From assembly GCA_017499595.2 (NCBI GenBank), contig CM039002.1:3348001-3412000 (forward strand): a DNA stretch of 64,000 bases, written 5' to 3'. The DNA is from Psilocybe cubensis. Its lineage: Eukaryota. The position numbers were made by a program, and so were the translations under genes. How positions within the stretch are numbered: position 1 is the stretch's first letter; each line of letters starts with the position of its first letter. Positions 41,854 through 55,690 of the stretch are shown here, piece after piece. The notes under the pieces are model-generated. The model did not search any database and was not told the DNA's origin. It saw only the letters and a program-made list of their open reading frames with translations.

Positions 41854-42239
41854 TGATTAGTTTGGCCGCTCATTTGGTTTCTGGCTACCAACAATAATTA
41901 CAATTCCAAAACCTGCCGCACATGGGCTGTGCCGGAATGCCGTTCTTGATGGAGTGATGGAGAGGACTTGCGTCCGTTCTAACTAGGTTCTATTTGTTTT
42001 TCTGTGCACTTGTTTATGTATGAGTATATGTCCCAGATTATGGCGAACTCTCACAGAAGATAACCGGGAAGATTTCGGAGTATATATAATTCGTAAAAGT
42101 ACTCTTACATCGTCTTGTATACCAACTAAACTTAACATGTTAGGTGACGGAGAATGCACAGACAGACTTTCCTGCTCATGTGACAATATTCTTTCCATAT
42201 TCTTTCCAAGGCGATAATCTGTACATAGTGCATAACTTC

Positions 42240-44505
42240 TTATTTTCGTGGTTCAATACAGCATTGGAATGCTTCTGGAAGTCTGTTGGTTGGTTATTAG
42301 GCTGAAAAGGTGATGCTTTATATAGCACCTACGACACCAATCCAGAGGAGTATTTCACTTCTATTGGAATATTTTTCCCTTGCTCATCAATCGAACAAGA
42401 GATATTGAAAGATTGGATGATATAGGCTGTCATCAAAAAAATGGCGTTCTCAGCCAGCATTTTTCCTGGACATATTCTTATCATGGGTAGGGTCAGATGC
42501 AATCAGTCGGCATAGATTTTATAGACATAGCGAGGTACCTTCTTCCAAAGCCAAAACAATAAGCTGATGGGTCGAGGGCTGGATTATCTTCCAAGAAGCG
42601 TTCAGGAGCAAATGTTTCTGGGGGGTAAATTTTGTTGGGAGCATGGGCAATGGCCCTGCAGATTGAAAATCAGCGAATTAGTGTTTCATCCGTGAATAAT
42701 AGAAAACTTTGATGTTTAAATTACATACCATACATTTGGAATGACTGTAGTGTTTTTAGGAATGAAAAATCCTATGATGATTTCAGTTTGGCACCTTAGC
42801 AAACAATGGGAAGATTATCTCTCTGACCGCGATAGTAATCGTCGTCAATTGAAGATCTGGCAATATCCATTGGGAGTGGAGGATGCCACCGCAAGGTCTC
42901 CTTAATAATTGCGTGGATATATGGGAGATTGTCTCTGTCCTTTATATTTGGTTTGCGATTAGGTCCCACGATCCTGTCCAGCTCTCCTTGAGCAAGTTTC
43001 AGCTTTTCCGGATTAGTCGCCATGGCCATAATCATATTTAATACTGTAGATGAAATCTAGTCACTGTGTCAGATGGATATACTCTCTCGCGGTACGTTTC
43101 TCAGCTTACGACTTCTTGTCCAGCTAGAACAATGAATTGAATGACATCACCCTAAAAGATGCAACAAAATTGATACCCACCTGCGTACATGGAGGCAGAT
43201 GCCCACTTGAGAGCTTCTTCATACTCAGCATCATTTCCCCACTCCATCTTGAGTTCTTCATGAGTAAGTACGTCTGCGGTGAACGAAGGCTGGGCCGTTC
43301 CTGCTTCCTGTTTGGGCTATAGTTAACTTTCCATCCCTAATTCAAGCCCAACTGTTCGATACTCACTATCTCGGATTTGACATATTCAAATGGTTTGCAT
43401 ATGAGTTCCGCTACCATAGTCCGTCCACGTCGTCCAACTTGGTGAAATGTGGCAAAGGGTATCCACGCGGGTAAATATTTGACTAAGCTCGTGAGATGTC
43501 AGAATAGGGCACGGCATGACCATTCAGGATTGCGTACGAGCAGGAACCAGATCAACAATGAAGGCTCCAGGAATTACAGCTTTACTTATAATGTTCATTG
43601 CAGACTCGGCAATTTTTATATACTGCAGAAAAGAAAAGTTAATTTAATCCCTTGCGCCGGTAATTTGGAGTTCAGACGACTAACTGGATCTTCTGCGGAC
43701 CGTACCGTTATTCCATAGATTGTACCCATAATGACCCCACCAGCGGCCCTGTGAATTGAATGATTAGGTCAAGGCGTTAAAACATATATAATGGTGAAAT
43801 TTGGTGACGCACAGTCTAACATGGTCACAAAAGTCGTCTGGGTTCTCAAGGAAGGAGGCGTTGAGGCGACTTGCCACCTCGGCAAGAGTCGACTCGTAAC
43901 TCTTAACAGCGCTTGGACTAAGTGCTGCACGTGCAAACTTGCGATGCAAGCGCCATCGTGGACCAAACGGTGTGAAGGCGGTGCTCTAAACCTTGAATCA
44001 GTGACATACTCCTTCGAGAGAGAATAATCACACTGACATTAACCAGGTCCATAAGCTCGCTGGCAACGACAAAGTAAGGTCGACTGCAGTACACATTTCC
44101 TTTCTTAACAAGGAGGTCTTGCATGGACTCCAGGCTATTGAGAACAAGGATAGAGTTTCCTAAGCCTTTATAATAGACAATGTCCCCTAGTAGGAAAATA
44201 TTTCAACTGCTTATAACATCTGTTTGTCTAACTAGCTTGCGTACCATGTTTTTTCAGACTCGCCAAGCTTATCCAGGGGTGTGTTAAAGGTATACTCAAT
44301 AAATTTCCTACCATATCAATATATTGTGACTCTTATATTTCCGATGAACTTCGAAAATATAAAATGACCTACCCACTATAGGGTACATACGAGGTCCCGG
44401 GGGCTGTTTTGCGGAGCTACGCCTTGAAAATTTCATGATAGCTGATGCAATAGCTGCAGCCAAGGCTAAAGCGCCCCAAAGATGGGGAATAGTGTAGAGA
44501 GACAT
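42240..44505 (-). CDS. Cytochrome P450 monooxygenase (CYP64-like group, multi-exon)
   Basis: N-terminal TM helix plus [12 protein letters not shown]-helix [14 protein letters not shown] (ExxR); FAPERFL; heme motif FGFGR|RICPG. Confidence 0.95.
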
Positions 44506-45211
44506 ACTGTATCGAATTGAGCAAAATCTAGACTCAAGTAATGGCCAATTTATTCGGGCCACTTAACCTGCCTCTGATATACAATGGAGTGATCTAGTAC
44601 TAAATATTGTGATCCAAAAATGTGAGTCACCGAGTCGGCCATTCGAAACACTGGCAGAATCTCGGAACGCAGAAGTTGGGAGCGCGCTACAGCTCTGTTA
44701 TCTCACATCAGTAGAATTGGAACTTCGACCCTGGCTCGATGCTTCGGGTCTGCTATAGATGGAAATTCTATTTTTAAAGATGCAAAGATCAAGCAACAAA
44801 TACGCGGGTAGATTGTCCTCCAAAATTGTGAGTGATCGCTGTTGGTCATGCCAAAGAAACCCTGTCAACGGAGCAAAGAAGTTGCGCGTGCTACAACTCT
44901 CCCATCTGGCCTGCGATGTTATCTCAATGCTAGTGTACATATGCATAGCTGAAGTCAAAAATAAATGGGAAAGGTTGCGATCCAAATCTGTGAGTCGCCG
45001 TTCACCATCCAAATCGTTATACTACAACGTAAATCTTCTATCTATATTTTCATGGGTTTCCGCATGGTTGATCATGTGCATCAAAGGTCTCTGTAGATGT
45101 TAGTTCATCGTTATTTCTCTTATTGTTGACCTGAATATTTGTCAAGAGTTACAACAATGAAATATAAATTAACCCCGGTCGGGAGAACTCTCCTTTCAGC
45201 AAACCACTATT

Positions 45212-46426
45212 ATGTCTACCCTGGCTTCAATTCTGGCTGTTATTTGGGGTACTCTTCCTAGCCGATCCATTATGCCAGTGTTATCATTAAAAATGCCTAG
45301 TTCTCAGTCACCAGAACCCCCGGTGCACGTAAGAAAGGTCATCATAAACCTTTTACAAAGTCTTGAATACACTCCCCCGAACATTGACCCTGAGAAGAGA
45401 GAAACTCTCTGTCGATCCTTGCATGCAGAATTTATAGGTTATTCCAACACCAACAAAATTTGGTATGACGAAGTTTGTATTCAGTCAGCGGCAATGGCAG
45501 ACGTGGGCTTTTTCAAACCTTTTGGCATATATGCACTAATCGAGTTCCTCAGCTCTCGTATCGTGGGCATTCATCAGATATTCAACTTCAAGTGGCCCGC
45601 TTTACCTGGTACTTGGTACTTTTTAACGGAAAATAACCAATGATAACGACCCTTTCCGTAGGTTCATGATATTTTTCGATGATTTTTGCCACAGATTTCC
45701 ATCATCTCTTGAATCATTCCAACGCTGCATGCTTACAGGGACACTTGTAAAAGAAATTCCAGTATTACAACACTTTCGAGACCATCTCACCGATATGTAT
45801 TACATGTGGGATTCTATTCCAGCAAATTGCATTACAACATCCGCAATGGAATACATCAACGGTTGTTTACTGGAAGAGACGCCAAACATTAGGGAAATGG
45901 AGCTTTCAAGGACTGCATCCTCATGGCCTTCATATTTGCGAGCGAAAACCGGAGTTTCTGCAGCTTACGCTTTCATGATATTCCCAAAAGGTCGCCACCC
46001 CAATATTTCTACGTATATTCAAGCCATCGGAGACATAAGTCAGTTCATAGACCTGACTAATGATGTTCTGTCGTATGTTTCTTTCTTCCTTTCTCACAGT
46101 GGCATTTTTGATATTTCGATTCTACAGATTTTATAAGGAGACACTTGCCGGGGAAAGGCAAAACTATCTCCATAACAGGGCTTACATTACCAGAAATTCG
46201 GTTGAAGACACCCTCGAACAGGTTGCGCAGGACATAATATCAATACATTTTCGCATTACAGAAACACTAAAAAACACAGAAGAATCGGTGCCTTGGAAAA
46301 ATTTTGTAAATGGTTATTTGTAAGTTTAAAGTTGCCTTTTTAAAATCCAATCAATCAATGACTCTTTACAGAGCGTTTCATGTTACACAGACACGATATA
46401 GGCTACACGAGCTGGGAGTATACTAG
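45212..46426 (+). CDS. Trichodiene-synthase-like (TRI5/Cop6 clade) terpene cyclase (multi-exon)
   Basis: IFFDDF; YLRAKTGVSAAYAFMIFP; spliced NSE motif DLTNDVLS|FYKETLAGERQNY; C-terminal FHVTQTRYRLHELG (RY pair). Confidence 0.92.
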
Positions 46427-47524
46427 TCTTGATTGCGGGATAGATTATGAAACCATTTGATGAACAATATAACACAACGTGGAAAGAAGAATCAGAAAAC
46501 ACAGGAAGTTCCGCTTCATACCACTTGAGCTCTGCCCGATTTTTACGGATTTTGGGTCGAAGTTTGGAAGAATCATCGTCCTACCCTCTGCAGCAAGCAC
46601 TTGATTGAGTAGATAATCTATGCTAGATTGATAGGGGTATTTTGAGATGTGGAAAAGTAAATGTATAACAGGTGAGAATCTGGAACCAGCGGCCGGGATT
46701 GGGGTGATATAATGACAGAGGTCTTTTAAAATCAGCGTGAACGGTAGAGTCGTTGGAAGATCAGAAAAATCTGGCGGTAAAAAAACGGAAAAATTTGGTA
46801 TCTTGCATCAGAATCAGGATAGAAGAAGATGAAAACTACCCTGTAGCCAGAAGCAAGAATACCAACAGTCCATATCTTTAGTGATATTGTCGGAGAAATG
46901 AACTATGATCCAACTTTTGTAAAATTACTAGCGTTGATACAATACTCTGGATTCTGGTACCTAAATCTTTGTCACGACATTCTTGAAATCTTATCTCATT
47001 CTGATACTATTAAATCCCGACCCCAATATATTATACATCCATGCCCAGTTTTTGAAAGTTGCGTTCATCCCAAAGCGGATCTGTCTCTCAATTATAGAGT
47101 AAGCCGATTTGCATGGAATTACTTTCTATTATGCCGGATGGCTGCATCAAGGCCTGATGTATGTAATAATAACATTGTGGACTCTTCGCTATCGTTGGCT
47201 GATGGGGACTCGATGGCTCTTCAAAAATACATGTTGCGGGTCATCCGGGCATCGCAGCAAAATGATACTACTTAGTCATAGCGATAATTGAATCTATATG
47301 TAAAGTTTCGCGGCCTGGGATCCACACCGGTGAATTCGGAGGTACAAGTTTATGCCAGGTTCCAACCTATTCTTTGATTGAGAAAGCAAATATTACGATC
47401 ATCGGTTCACCATCATCAACAATATTCCACGCTTCTGGTCTGTGACTTAATTTTAGTGTGGGAGGCCAATCTAGTTCTGCTTAAATATCATCCAGTAAGT
47501 ATTCCGGCCAGTGGTTCATTCAAC

Positions 47525-49523
47525 ATGAGTACTCCATCTGACGCTGACTTGAATTCTCTCTACATTCAGCTGCTTAAGGATTCCAAATCGACATCTTATG
47601 TTGGAGGTATGTCTTATTCTTGACCATTTACTGTTGTGCATCATATCCATGTCGATATCTTAGCTGCAGCTTTGACTGTTGCAATGTGAGTACAGAGGAT
47701 GGCGTAGGATCGTAAACTCCGTCTTCATAGGTACTAACGACCAACATGTGTTCTCAGTGTCGACCAGATTATGACCCTCCCACAAGAAGTAAGACCACCG
47801 AAGTTTTTTCAATGTTTATGTTCTGATTTATCTGATTTATTGTTAGATAGATCTTGTGTGGAAGGAGAAGTGGAGTTTGTCAAAAGCTCTATATGTGTGT
47901 ACATAATGATGTTTTATGCTATCCCATATGGTATATCATGACTAAACCTACTCCAATAGCTCTGGGTAAGTCCCCAAGCTTACACAACATTTTTATCCAC
48001 TGAAATTTGTGTTACTTAGAGTCGATATTTTAACTTGGCAAACATATCGTAAGTGATGTATTCTCGTCTGCCAATATCACTACTGACGAGGTTGATGCAA
48101 CCTCAGCTTTTATATGTATTGTGAGAGACGGTCACTTCCTTCGTGGAACAGTGGATTCAAATTCGATGCTTATTTGTTGTTCTCTAGTCAATGTGCACAA
48201 GATATCCTCAGATCATGTGAGTATTGACATTCTCCGGTAAGGTCTTCCGATACTGAGGCAAATACCTTTCTCAATAGTTGTGGGTGATTCAACACACTTT
48301 AAACAATCTTATCTCAACCCTCTTGTCTCTAAATAGCTGCCAAATTGTTATCCTGGTTAGTCTTCGACAGGATACTTAAATTGGAAGTATCATACCGTCT
48401 TACTAGAAGAAATAGGTTGAAAGCTTAGGTACCAACTTAATCATGCTAACTGCAGATGTTGTTTTAGCTCTGCGGTAAGATTTACGGAGCTCCTTTTAAT
48501 ATGGGCTAATAACCCTATTAAAATCAGAGTCTGGGTTCTTTATCATAAGTCGAGAAAGATGCTGGCCTTCCTGATTTTGTTACTTCTTGGTACGTGTGCA
48601 AATGAATCACAAAATCTTTTTGTACATTGACATTGATTGATTCCCTTATAGGAGAGATGATATCAATGTATGTGGCTCAAGAAACGCTTATCTAACAACG
48701 TCAAGCATATGAAGCCTAAGTCCCACAGGATTACGATGGTCAATATGTCGGTTCTCCCGATAAAAGGTTTGGTTTTATCATTAATTACGACGATATTAAT
48801 AATCACTTTCACCTGTTAAGCATACTTGCATATGTAAGATCTGCTGATTGGGGACGGAAAGTGATGGACTAATGTAAATCTCAAAGGCCCTTACTATCAG
48901 GCTGCTATCCGCTAGGCCTGTCTCTGATTTCTAAAACGTTTGACTAACAATTAATTATACGTTGCTATAGATCCACCAGGGCCGTATATTAAATATTACA
49001 CAATCCCAGCATTGTCAACGGTGAGTTATACACTTTTGTGAAGTATACATTTTATAACAAGTTTGAATGACATTCCAGTCCGCATTGATGTTCGCAATGA
49101 CTCTGTGGAAATGCGGATATTCATTAGTTTCTGACCATGAGATGCCAGTAATGAAGGTATTCGCATCAGACGGGATCATGTACTTTATTACTGTACTTCG
49201 TACGTTTTCAGAACCTTGTTATATTCTTCAAATTTCTAACTCGCTAACGTCGACAATGTCTGACAGTTGTCATATCTTCCAACCTTATCATTTTCTCCGT
49301 TGGAAGACCAACTATGGTGGAGATAAATCTTGCGTACGTCTCTTACTTTTGTTGTAAAATGGGAACTCACTCTTGTGTTGCAATCAAGAATGTCATGCGC
49401 GTACGTTTAGCTTTCATCACCTTTATAGAGCGGACGTTAATTCAAGATCATAGGATGTATTCCATTATTTCGGCACGATGCGTTTTAAATATAAAGACAG
49501 CCATACGCCGCACAATTATTTAG
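47525..49523 (+). CDS. DUF6533-like multi-pass membrane protein encoded by many very short exons; 3' end uncertain
   Basis: Spliced pieces ..SYVG|AAALTVA|DQIMTLPQE|IDLVWKEKWSLSKALY|..SRYF.., later ADVVLALR|VWVLY and MKVFASDGIMYF fit the agaricomycete DUF6533 pattern. Confidence 0.7.
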
Positions 49524-50217
49524 GGAAAAATTGTCTTCTGGAACATAAATACGAACAGAAAGTCATATTGTTAAACCAACGCTTCACCAGATATTATTTT
49601 AGTATATCTCGTCGATATATGATGATGTTCTTTGATTTGGGACGTGATTTAATTTATACAACTTCTAACCAACCAAATAAACTCATTAAGTGCAGAGTTG
49701 AGCAAGTCCTTCTTCTATTTTGTGGAAGGAATATAGAAAATTAATCAACTAGCTTAAGGCGTCCAATCTCCTTGTCGATAGCTTCCACTGTCCATCCGAA
49801 CACTTTTTATCGTATGCTGCCCAATGTCTCAATTCAACATTCACCTCCCTTGAACTTCGTTCGGTGATTAGGGACTGGTTGAAACGTTCCAGAATTCACA
49901 AAAAACAAGGGCACTCCAAATCCTTTTCTTCAAACCGGATGTCCAGAGTTCATGAAATTGGGCATTTTGGCCTGTTTGGTGCCTGACTTGTAGGCTTGTA
50001 AACATTCGTGGGAAAATGACGAACAACGCCACGCCTCGTGGCTGAGTGTTTCACGCATCCTCTGCCCAAGTCCTTGCTCATCGTCCTTCTCGTTTCGGCA
50101 GACGTCTTACCTTCTTCTAAACCTTTTCTCATCTTCAGAAATATTGACAATGTTCCAAACCATTTAATTTATTTTATTCGCATCTCTTCAAGTTATTAGA
50201 GCACAAGTTCAACAACA

Positions 50218-53200
50218 ATGGCGGCGTCAGCGACATCGACGGCACCAATGAACTCGTACCCTCGTATTCCGCCATCGCCATCGCCATCGCAATCCCCACT
50301 TTCATCGCCCACGGTTCCACGATCTTCAGCTTATCGTCGTTCCTCTTCCATTTCTTCAACCACTTCAACAACCTCATCATCTCCATTTCCCCACTCAACG
50401 CCCACAACCTCACAATATTCACCATCGAAACCTAAACCACCACCGTTGCACAACGCGCATCCTTACGCGATCAAAACTACATCCACTGCGCTCCTCACCC
50501 GTTCCACATCGAGCACGACTATGTCCGATGCCGCGGTGAACCACTACATCCCACCCTCCTCGCCGTCTCCTTCGCCGTCTCCTAACAGCCCGGGTGGCAG
50601 TGGGTTCGCATATGGATTTGGCTACGGAAGTGGGTCGGAAGGAGACGAGCGTGATGGCTCACCCACCGCGAAGCGGAGAGGGCATCGGTACAGTCGTAGT
50701 TTGACGTCTGACTTGCCGATGCCACTCCCCCCACCCCCCGGTTCTGCCGCAGTGAAAGGGCTTAGTGCGATTGGGCCCTCCTACTCGACACCTGGATTTG
50801 AGAGTCCGTATAGGCAGAGCAGGCAGCCTCGCTCCCCGTCCCCTTCTCCATCAGGTTCAAGAGGCAGAAATCAACCGAGACATGCTCTCAGCGAGGGCGA
50901 AGCGGAACAGGAAGACGATGACGATACGCCACGCAGGAGGCTATATTATCAGCAACAACAGGACCAGTTTTCTCGTGGGATGGGTCTGGCTGCACCCGCT
51001 TTTCCTGAAGTCCATAATCACAATGGTGCTCTCCCAGACGATCCGAAGGCATGGACGCCGGCCCAGCTTGCGCAATATCTCTTGACGACGTCGTCTGCAG
51101 ACTTACATGGGAATGATACTATCGCAAAATTCGTCAAGGAGAAGCAGATTTCTGGACGCGCGTTTTTGAGACTTGCGGATGCGGATCTGGATAGGTGAGT
51201 TGCTTTAGATCTTTGTTACATATATCTCATCGGCGCTCGATGCTTCTGTGATCGTGAACATGCTGTCATTAGTTGACGTGGGCGTTTATTTCATTTCGTA
51301 CATTCTTCTCGTTTGGGAGATGTGTATTCCTTTCACCGTATGAACGAGTACGGCCAATCAGATCGACCTCCATTTTCTACTTTTGATTGCTTTGTCTCAT
51401 TCCACTATTTTCACTAATCTCCCCATTCAACTTGTTAAACACACATGCTAATCACTATTTTCAAACAGTCTTTCATCCGCAACGCGCGCCGCCCTCCTCA
51501 ATACTTCTCGTACACTAAGACAGAGTCTCGTTCGTGCTCGTATCTTGAGCTCCACATCCGATTCAAATCCACCTAAGCACCAATTGCCACCCTCGACAAA
51601 CGTGTATTCAAGCTCGGGGTCGCCCCTGGACGGAGAACACAAACCTGGATCTAGCACAACCTCCAGCGTCGGTGCTATGAACAGCGACAACGACGGGTTC
51701 AATCCCGACTTCCAGTTCGGCGGTGCTTCTAGCGGTACCACCAGCACCAGTCCGCTTATACCGATTGGCACGCTGAGCCGATCTAGAGGCGTTCGTCCGC
51801 GCCGGCGTGATGGGGTGAATGGCAGCAGGGGAAGTGTGGATAGCATGAGCGGGGCTAGCGATTCTGGCTCGAGCATCTCATCGTCCTCGAGCCACTCGCA
51901 CACGAGAACGCGTACGCTCTCTGCTGCCCGTGACATCTCGGCGAGTGCGAAGAAGCGGGTGAGGGAGAGGGTGGACGAGCTTGAGGAACGGATTAGTATC
52001 AGTGCTGGGAGTGGGGTCGAAGAAGAGGGTAGTGCGAGTTCGTCAAGCAGCGGAGTTGGAAGAGAGAGAGGCGGGTCGCCGGTGAAGCGTGTTCAGGCGG
52101 TCCCTGTTTCAGCTGATGGCACCAAAGCCAAAGCCAAGGCGCTCCCTCAACGTGGTGGAGTCGTGAACCTTTTCGAAGAGGGGCAGCGGCGCGGGCATGA
52201 TGAACCCATCAAACAGCGCCAGCCGCTGGACAAGGAGGAGGAGGACAAAGACAGCACCATTGTCGGTCTTGCCAGGAAGAACGTGAACGGGCGCGAGCCG
52301 CGGCTGCTTCCCTTCCCGCCTGCGCCGCCACCATCTCATGTCCATCACCACCCTCACCAGCACATTCAGGCTCAGCAAACGCATACGCCAATTTCGTCTG
52401 CGGGCGTCGAAGATTACGAGTTTGGCTTCAGGCGGACGTACGGCGCCATGCATGGGGACGCACAGGTCACCGACCATGGCGCACACTCTAATGGTGCCAT
52501 GGCAGACCCATTTGGGAGCGTATATGTCGTTCGACACAGTCCGCGACCGGCGTCGGTGGCGCATCAGCCTACCGACGCGGGATCTCCTCTAAGCGCTGGG
52601 GGATCTCCGGCCCGCGCCGCATCCGCCGCGGCCAGTTCAATGGCTGGATCAGGAGGACGACCGCCGAGGCTGCTACCCTTCCCGCCTGTCGTCGGACATG
52701 CAGTATTGCACCACCCCGTGCCCAAACGCGCCGTTGGGGTCGGTGTAGAGTCTGCGACGAGCGACACGGGGAATGAGGTTTGGGAGAGTGCGCTCGAGGA
52801 CCAAGAATGGGCACGTGAGGTGGTCCAGCACGAAATCGGGACGTTGGAGGATGCGAAGGGTATTTTGGATCAGAAGATTGAGAAGAAAATTGAGAAGAGG
52901 AAGGAGGAGAAAGAGGAATTGGACGAAAGGATTAAACTAACGAAGGGGGCTTTCAAGGAGACGCAGACGGGAACCGACGAGGCCGACGAAGAAGAGGAGA
53001 TGAGCGTCCAGCAGCTTTTGCTCCGTGGTGACCCTGGCGTGCCCAAAATATCGGGAGTCGAGGCGTGGGAGATGGAGTTGGGCGAGACCGTTAAACGGAT
53101 TGGCGCCAATACTAGTGTCAGTGCCAACGGCAAGGATGTGGAGATTGGACGTAAGGCTGGCGGTGGAAGTAAGCGCCACAACCACACTGGAAAATCGGAG

Positions 53201-54265
53201 ATGAAGACCAAAGGCAGGGCTGAACTTGCAGGATCGCAAGCTCAGAGAGGCGGGTTGATGGGTCTTTTTGCGGATGATTCAGAAGGAGCAGGCGTTACAC
53301 CAGCCTCGACGTCGTCCATTCCAGAGAAGCCTACAGAAGAGGTGGACGCGGAGAACAAAGCACGCGCCGAGCGCGCAGAAGCAGACAACAAACAACGCGA
53401 GGAGAAGACTGCCGAATTAAATGCCAGAGAGATGGCGTTGGATGAGAGAGAGCGTGAGGTGCGCGACAGGCTGGCTAGTGTGGAGGAACGCGAGAGAAAG
53501 GTTACTATTCGAGAGGAGGAGGTCGGCAAGCGTGAGGTGGATATTGGAAAGCGTGAGGACTCGGTAGGCAAGAGTGAGGAGGCCCTTGTCCAGCGCGAAG
53601 TCTCTATCCAAACGCTTGAGGCTGGTGTAAAAACGCGCGAAGGTGAACTTGAGCGGCTTGAGAAAGAAGCTCGTGAGAGAGAGACGCGGGTCGGGGTGAG
53701 AGAGGTTGAGGCAGACAGCGTCTGGCGGGACTTCGAGAAAAGGGAACAAGACCTCAAGGAATATGAAAGTAACGTGCAGGAGAAGCTTGCGGAGGTGGAG
53801 AAGAGGGAACAAGAGTTGAAGGAGCTGGAAGGCGTTCTGCACAGAGGAAAGGAGGACCTAGAGAGACGGGAGCGTGAAGTCACTCAGCGGGAAATTGACG
53901 CCTTCGAACGCGAAGAGAAGGAAAAGAAACGCCCAACAACCATGGAGAAAACCATACAAGCTGTTCAGGAAAGTAGCGACAAATGCGTCGAAACTGTCCC
54001 CAAAGCACAGCAAATTCATTCCGCTGCGTGCCCGAAGCCGTATCTTGTCTCATCATGGATGCTTAAGCGAGACTATTTCCTGGGTCGCTTCATTGGCGCT
54101 TTCGCTGATCTTGGTGACAATTACACCTCCGAACGGGGAGGGGGGATGTTGGCCAATATTAGAGGAGGGGGAGGGGCGTTAGTGTTGATGGGGATTGGAG
54201 TGTGTGCTGTTGTGCTGAGGGTGCTGGGGCGGAGGATCGCTGGTGTTGCTGGTGTTAGGACATGA
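50218..54265 (+). CDS. SAM-like domain protein with S/P-rich regions, a long E/R/K coiled coil and a C-terminal transmembrane anchor
   Basis: PDDPKAWTPAQLAQYL..FVKEKQISGRAFLRLADADLD (SAM-like); intron about 51195-51467; charged heptads at about 53350-53930; hydrophobic tail ALVLMGIGVCAVVLRVL. Confidence 0.8.
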
Positions 54266-55690
54266 ATTTTTGGAACCTCTGGGTTCCTGCCTCGAATCTT
54301 CGAGTCTTGATACGACGTGATGATCCCATTTACGACTCATAATGACCTCTCTCACGACTACTTTCCCCAACCGCCCGCTTTTGAGCGGCATCGGTTTGCG
54401 CTCTACGTTCTGGTGTTTCTTTGGTCTGGGCTACGCTTTCGTTCCTGTTTTCCTCGTCTCGCTCTCAAACCATCATCCTCCCCGCTTACAACATTTGCTC
54501 TGATACAAAAAGATTCATATTTCATTTTATTCATGCTCAACCATCTTTTCCTATTCGTTATCTTATCGATTTGCTCCTTTATGTATTATTACTTTATGGT
54601 TATTATGAAAATGGTTACATGATAAATAGCTTTCGATATTGTAGTAAGCCTTCATAGCCTGAAATTTCGTTGGAGGTCGTTGGGCATTTAAATTGTGCTG
54701 TGCAGGATCCAAGTCGTTTGCTTGGATGTACCTGTAATTGCAGATCCCTAGTACCCCCATACTATGATACGTCATAGTTCGTTTTTAGCCGTTGGTAGAT
54801 TGATTGGATGTCAAATGATTTACTGGTATATATGTTGATAGGACGAGGAAGAGTATGGAAGAGTACGTACATAAACGGAGTTCGTGCATCTTTTTGTTCC
54901 TGACTCGAATTTTGACCCTTGGTGTCTTTCATGATATATAGAGCAGCTCATGCATCAGATTATTATAGCTTCAGGGTGAACTCTAACCTTTCGTATCATT
55001 ACTGATTTTTAAATTCTCAACAAGACTTACTCGGAGTACATGCTGATGACGACGCATCATCCACTTCACAGCCATAAGTTCTTGAAAAGAAAATAATGAA
55101 TAATGACATAAACCGCCTGACAGCTTCATGAACCATCATTTGGTTTCGGGTTTGTCGGACCCTGAATTCGATGAGCAGGGCAGACTGCGTGTAGATATTT
55201 ATCATGTAAACTGAGCACAAAGCTTCACCTTTGAAGCGGAAGCAGAACAAGGTGTCTTTCCGATCCATGGATGGGCAAGTCAGCTGTACATGATCGTCTC
55301 ATGTTATGTGGTACTAGGGAGGCAGGCAAAGGGCCGCAGGCCTAATGATATATTGGATCATGAGCGGGCTTCGTTATATTTGTGCTCATGGTTACTTAAT
55401 AAGGCTGGGTTGGGTAGGGTTACACAAGTCCATTTTGTGCGCACAGTGTGTACGGAAGAACTCGACGTATTTCTTTGTAATTATGCAAAGGCCTCTTCAG
55501 TACCGCCCATTTAAGCGCCTGGTGCACGGAAGCTCGGATACTGGAACATGCGTGGCAGGTGTCAATCACTGATGGCAGCTCAGCCCACGTCACACGTTCA
55601 CAGCCATACATAATAAGAAGGTCAACTTGAAGAAGGTTCGCTTCAGTTCGCCTTCGAATTTCGCCACTTGTGCGACGACGATCTGTCAAA

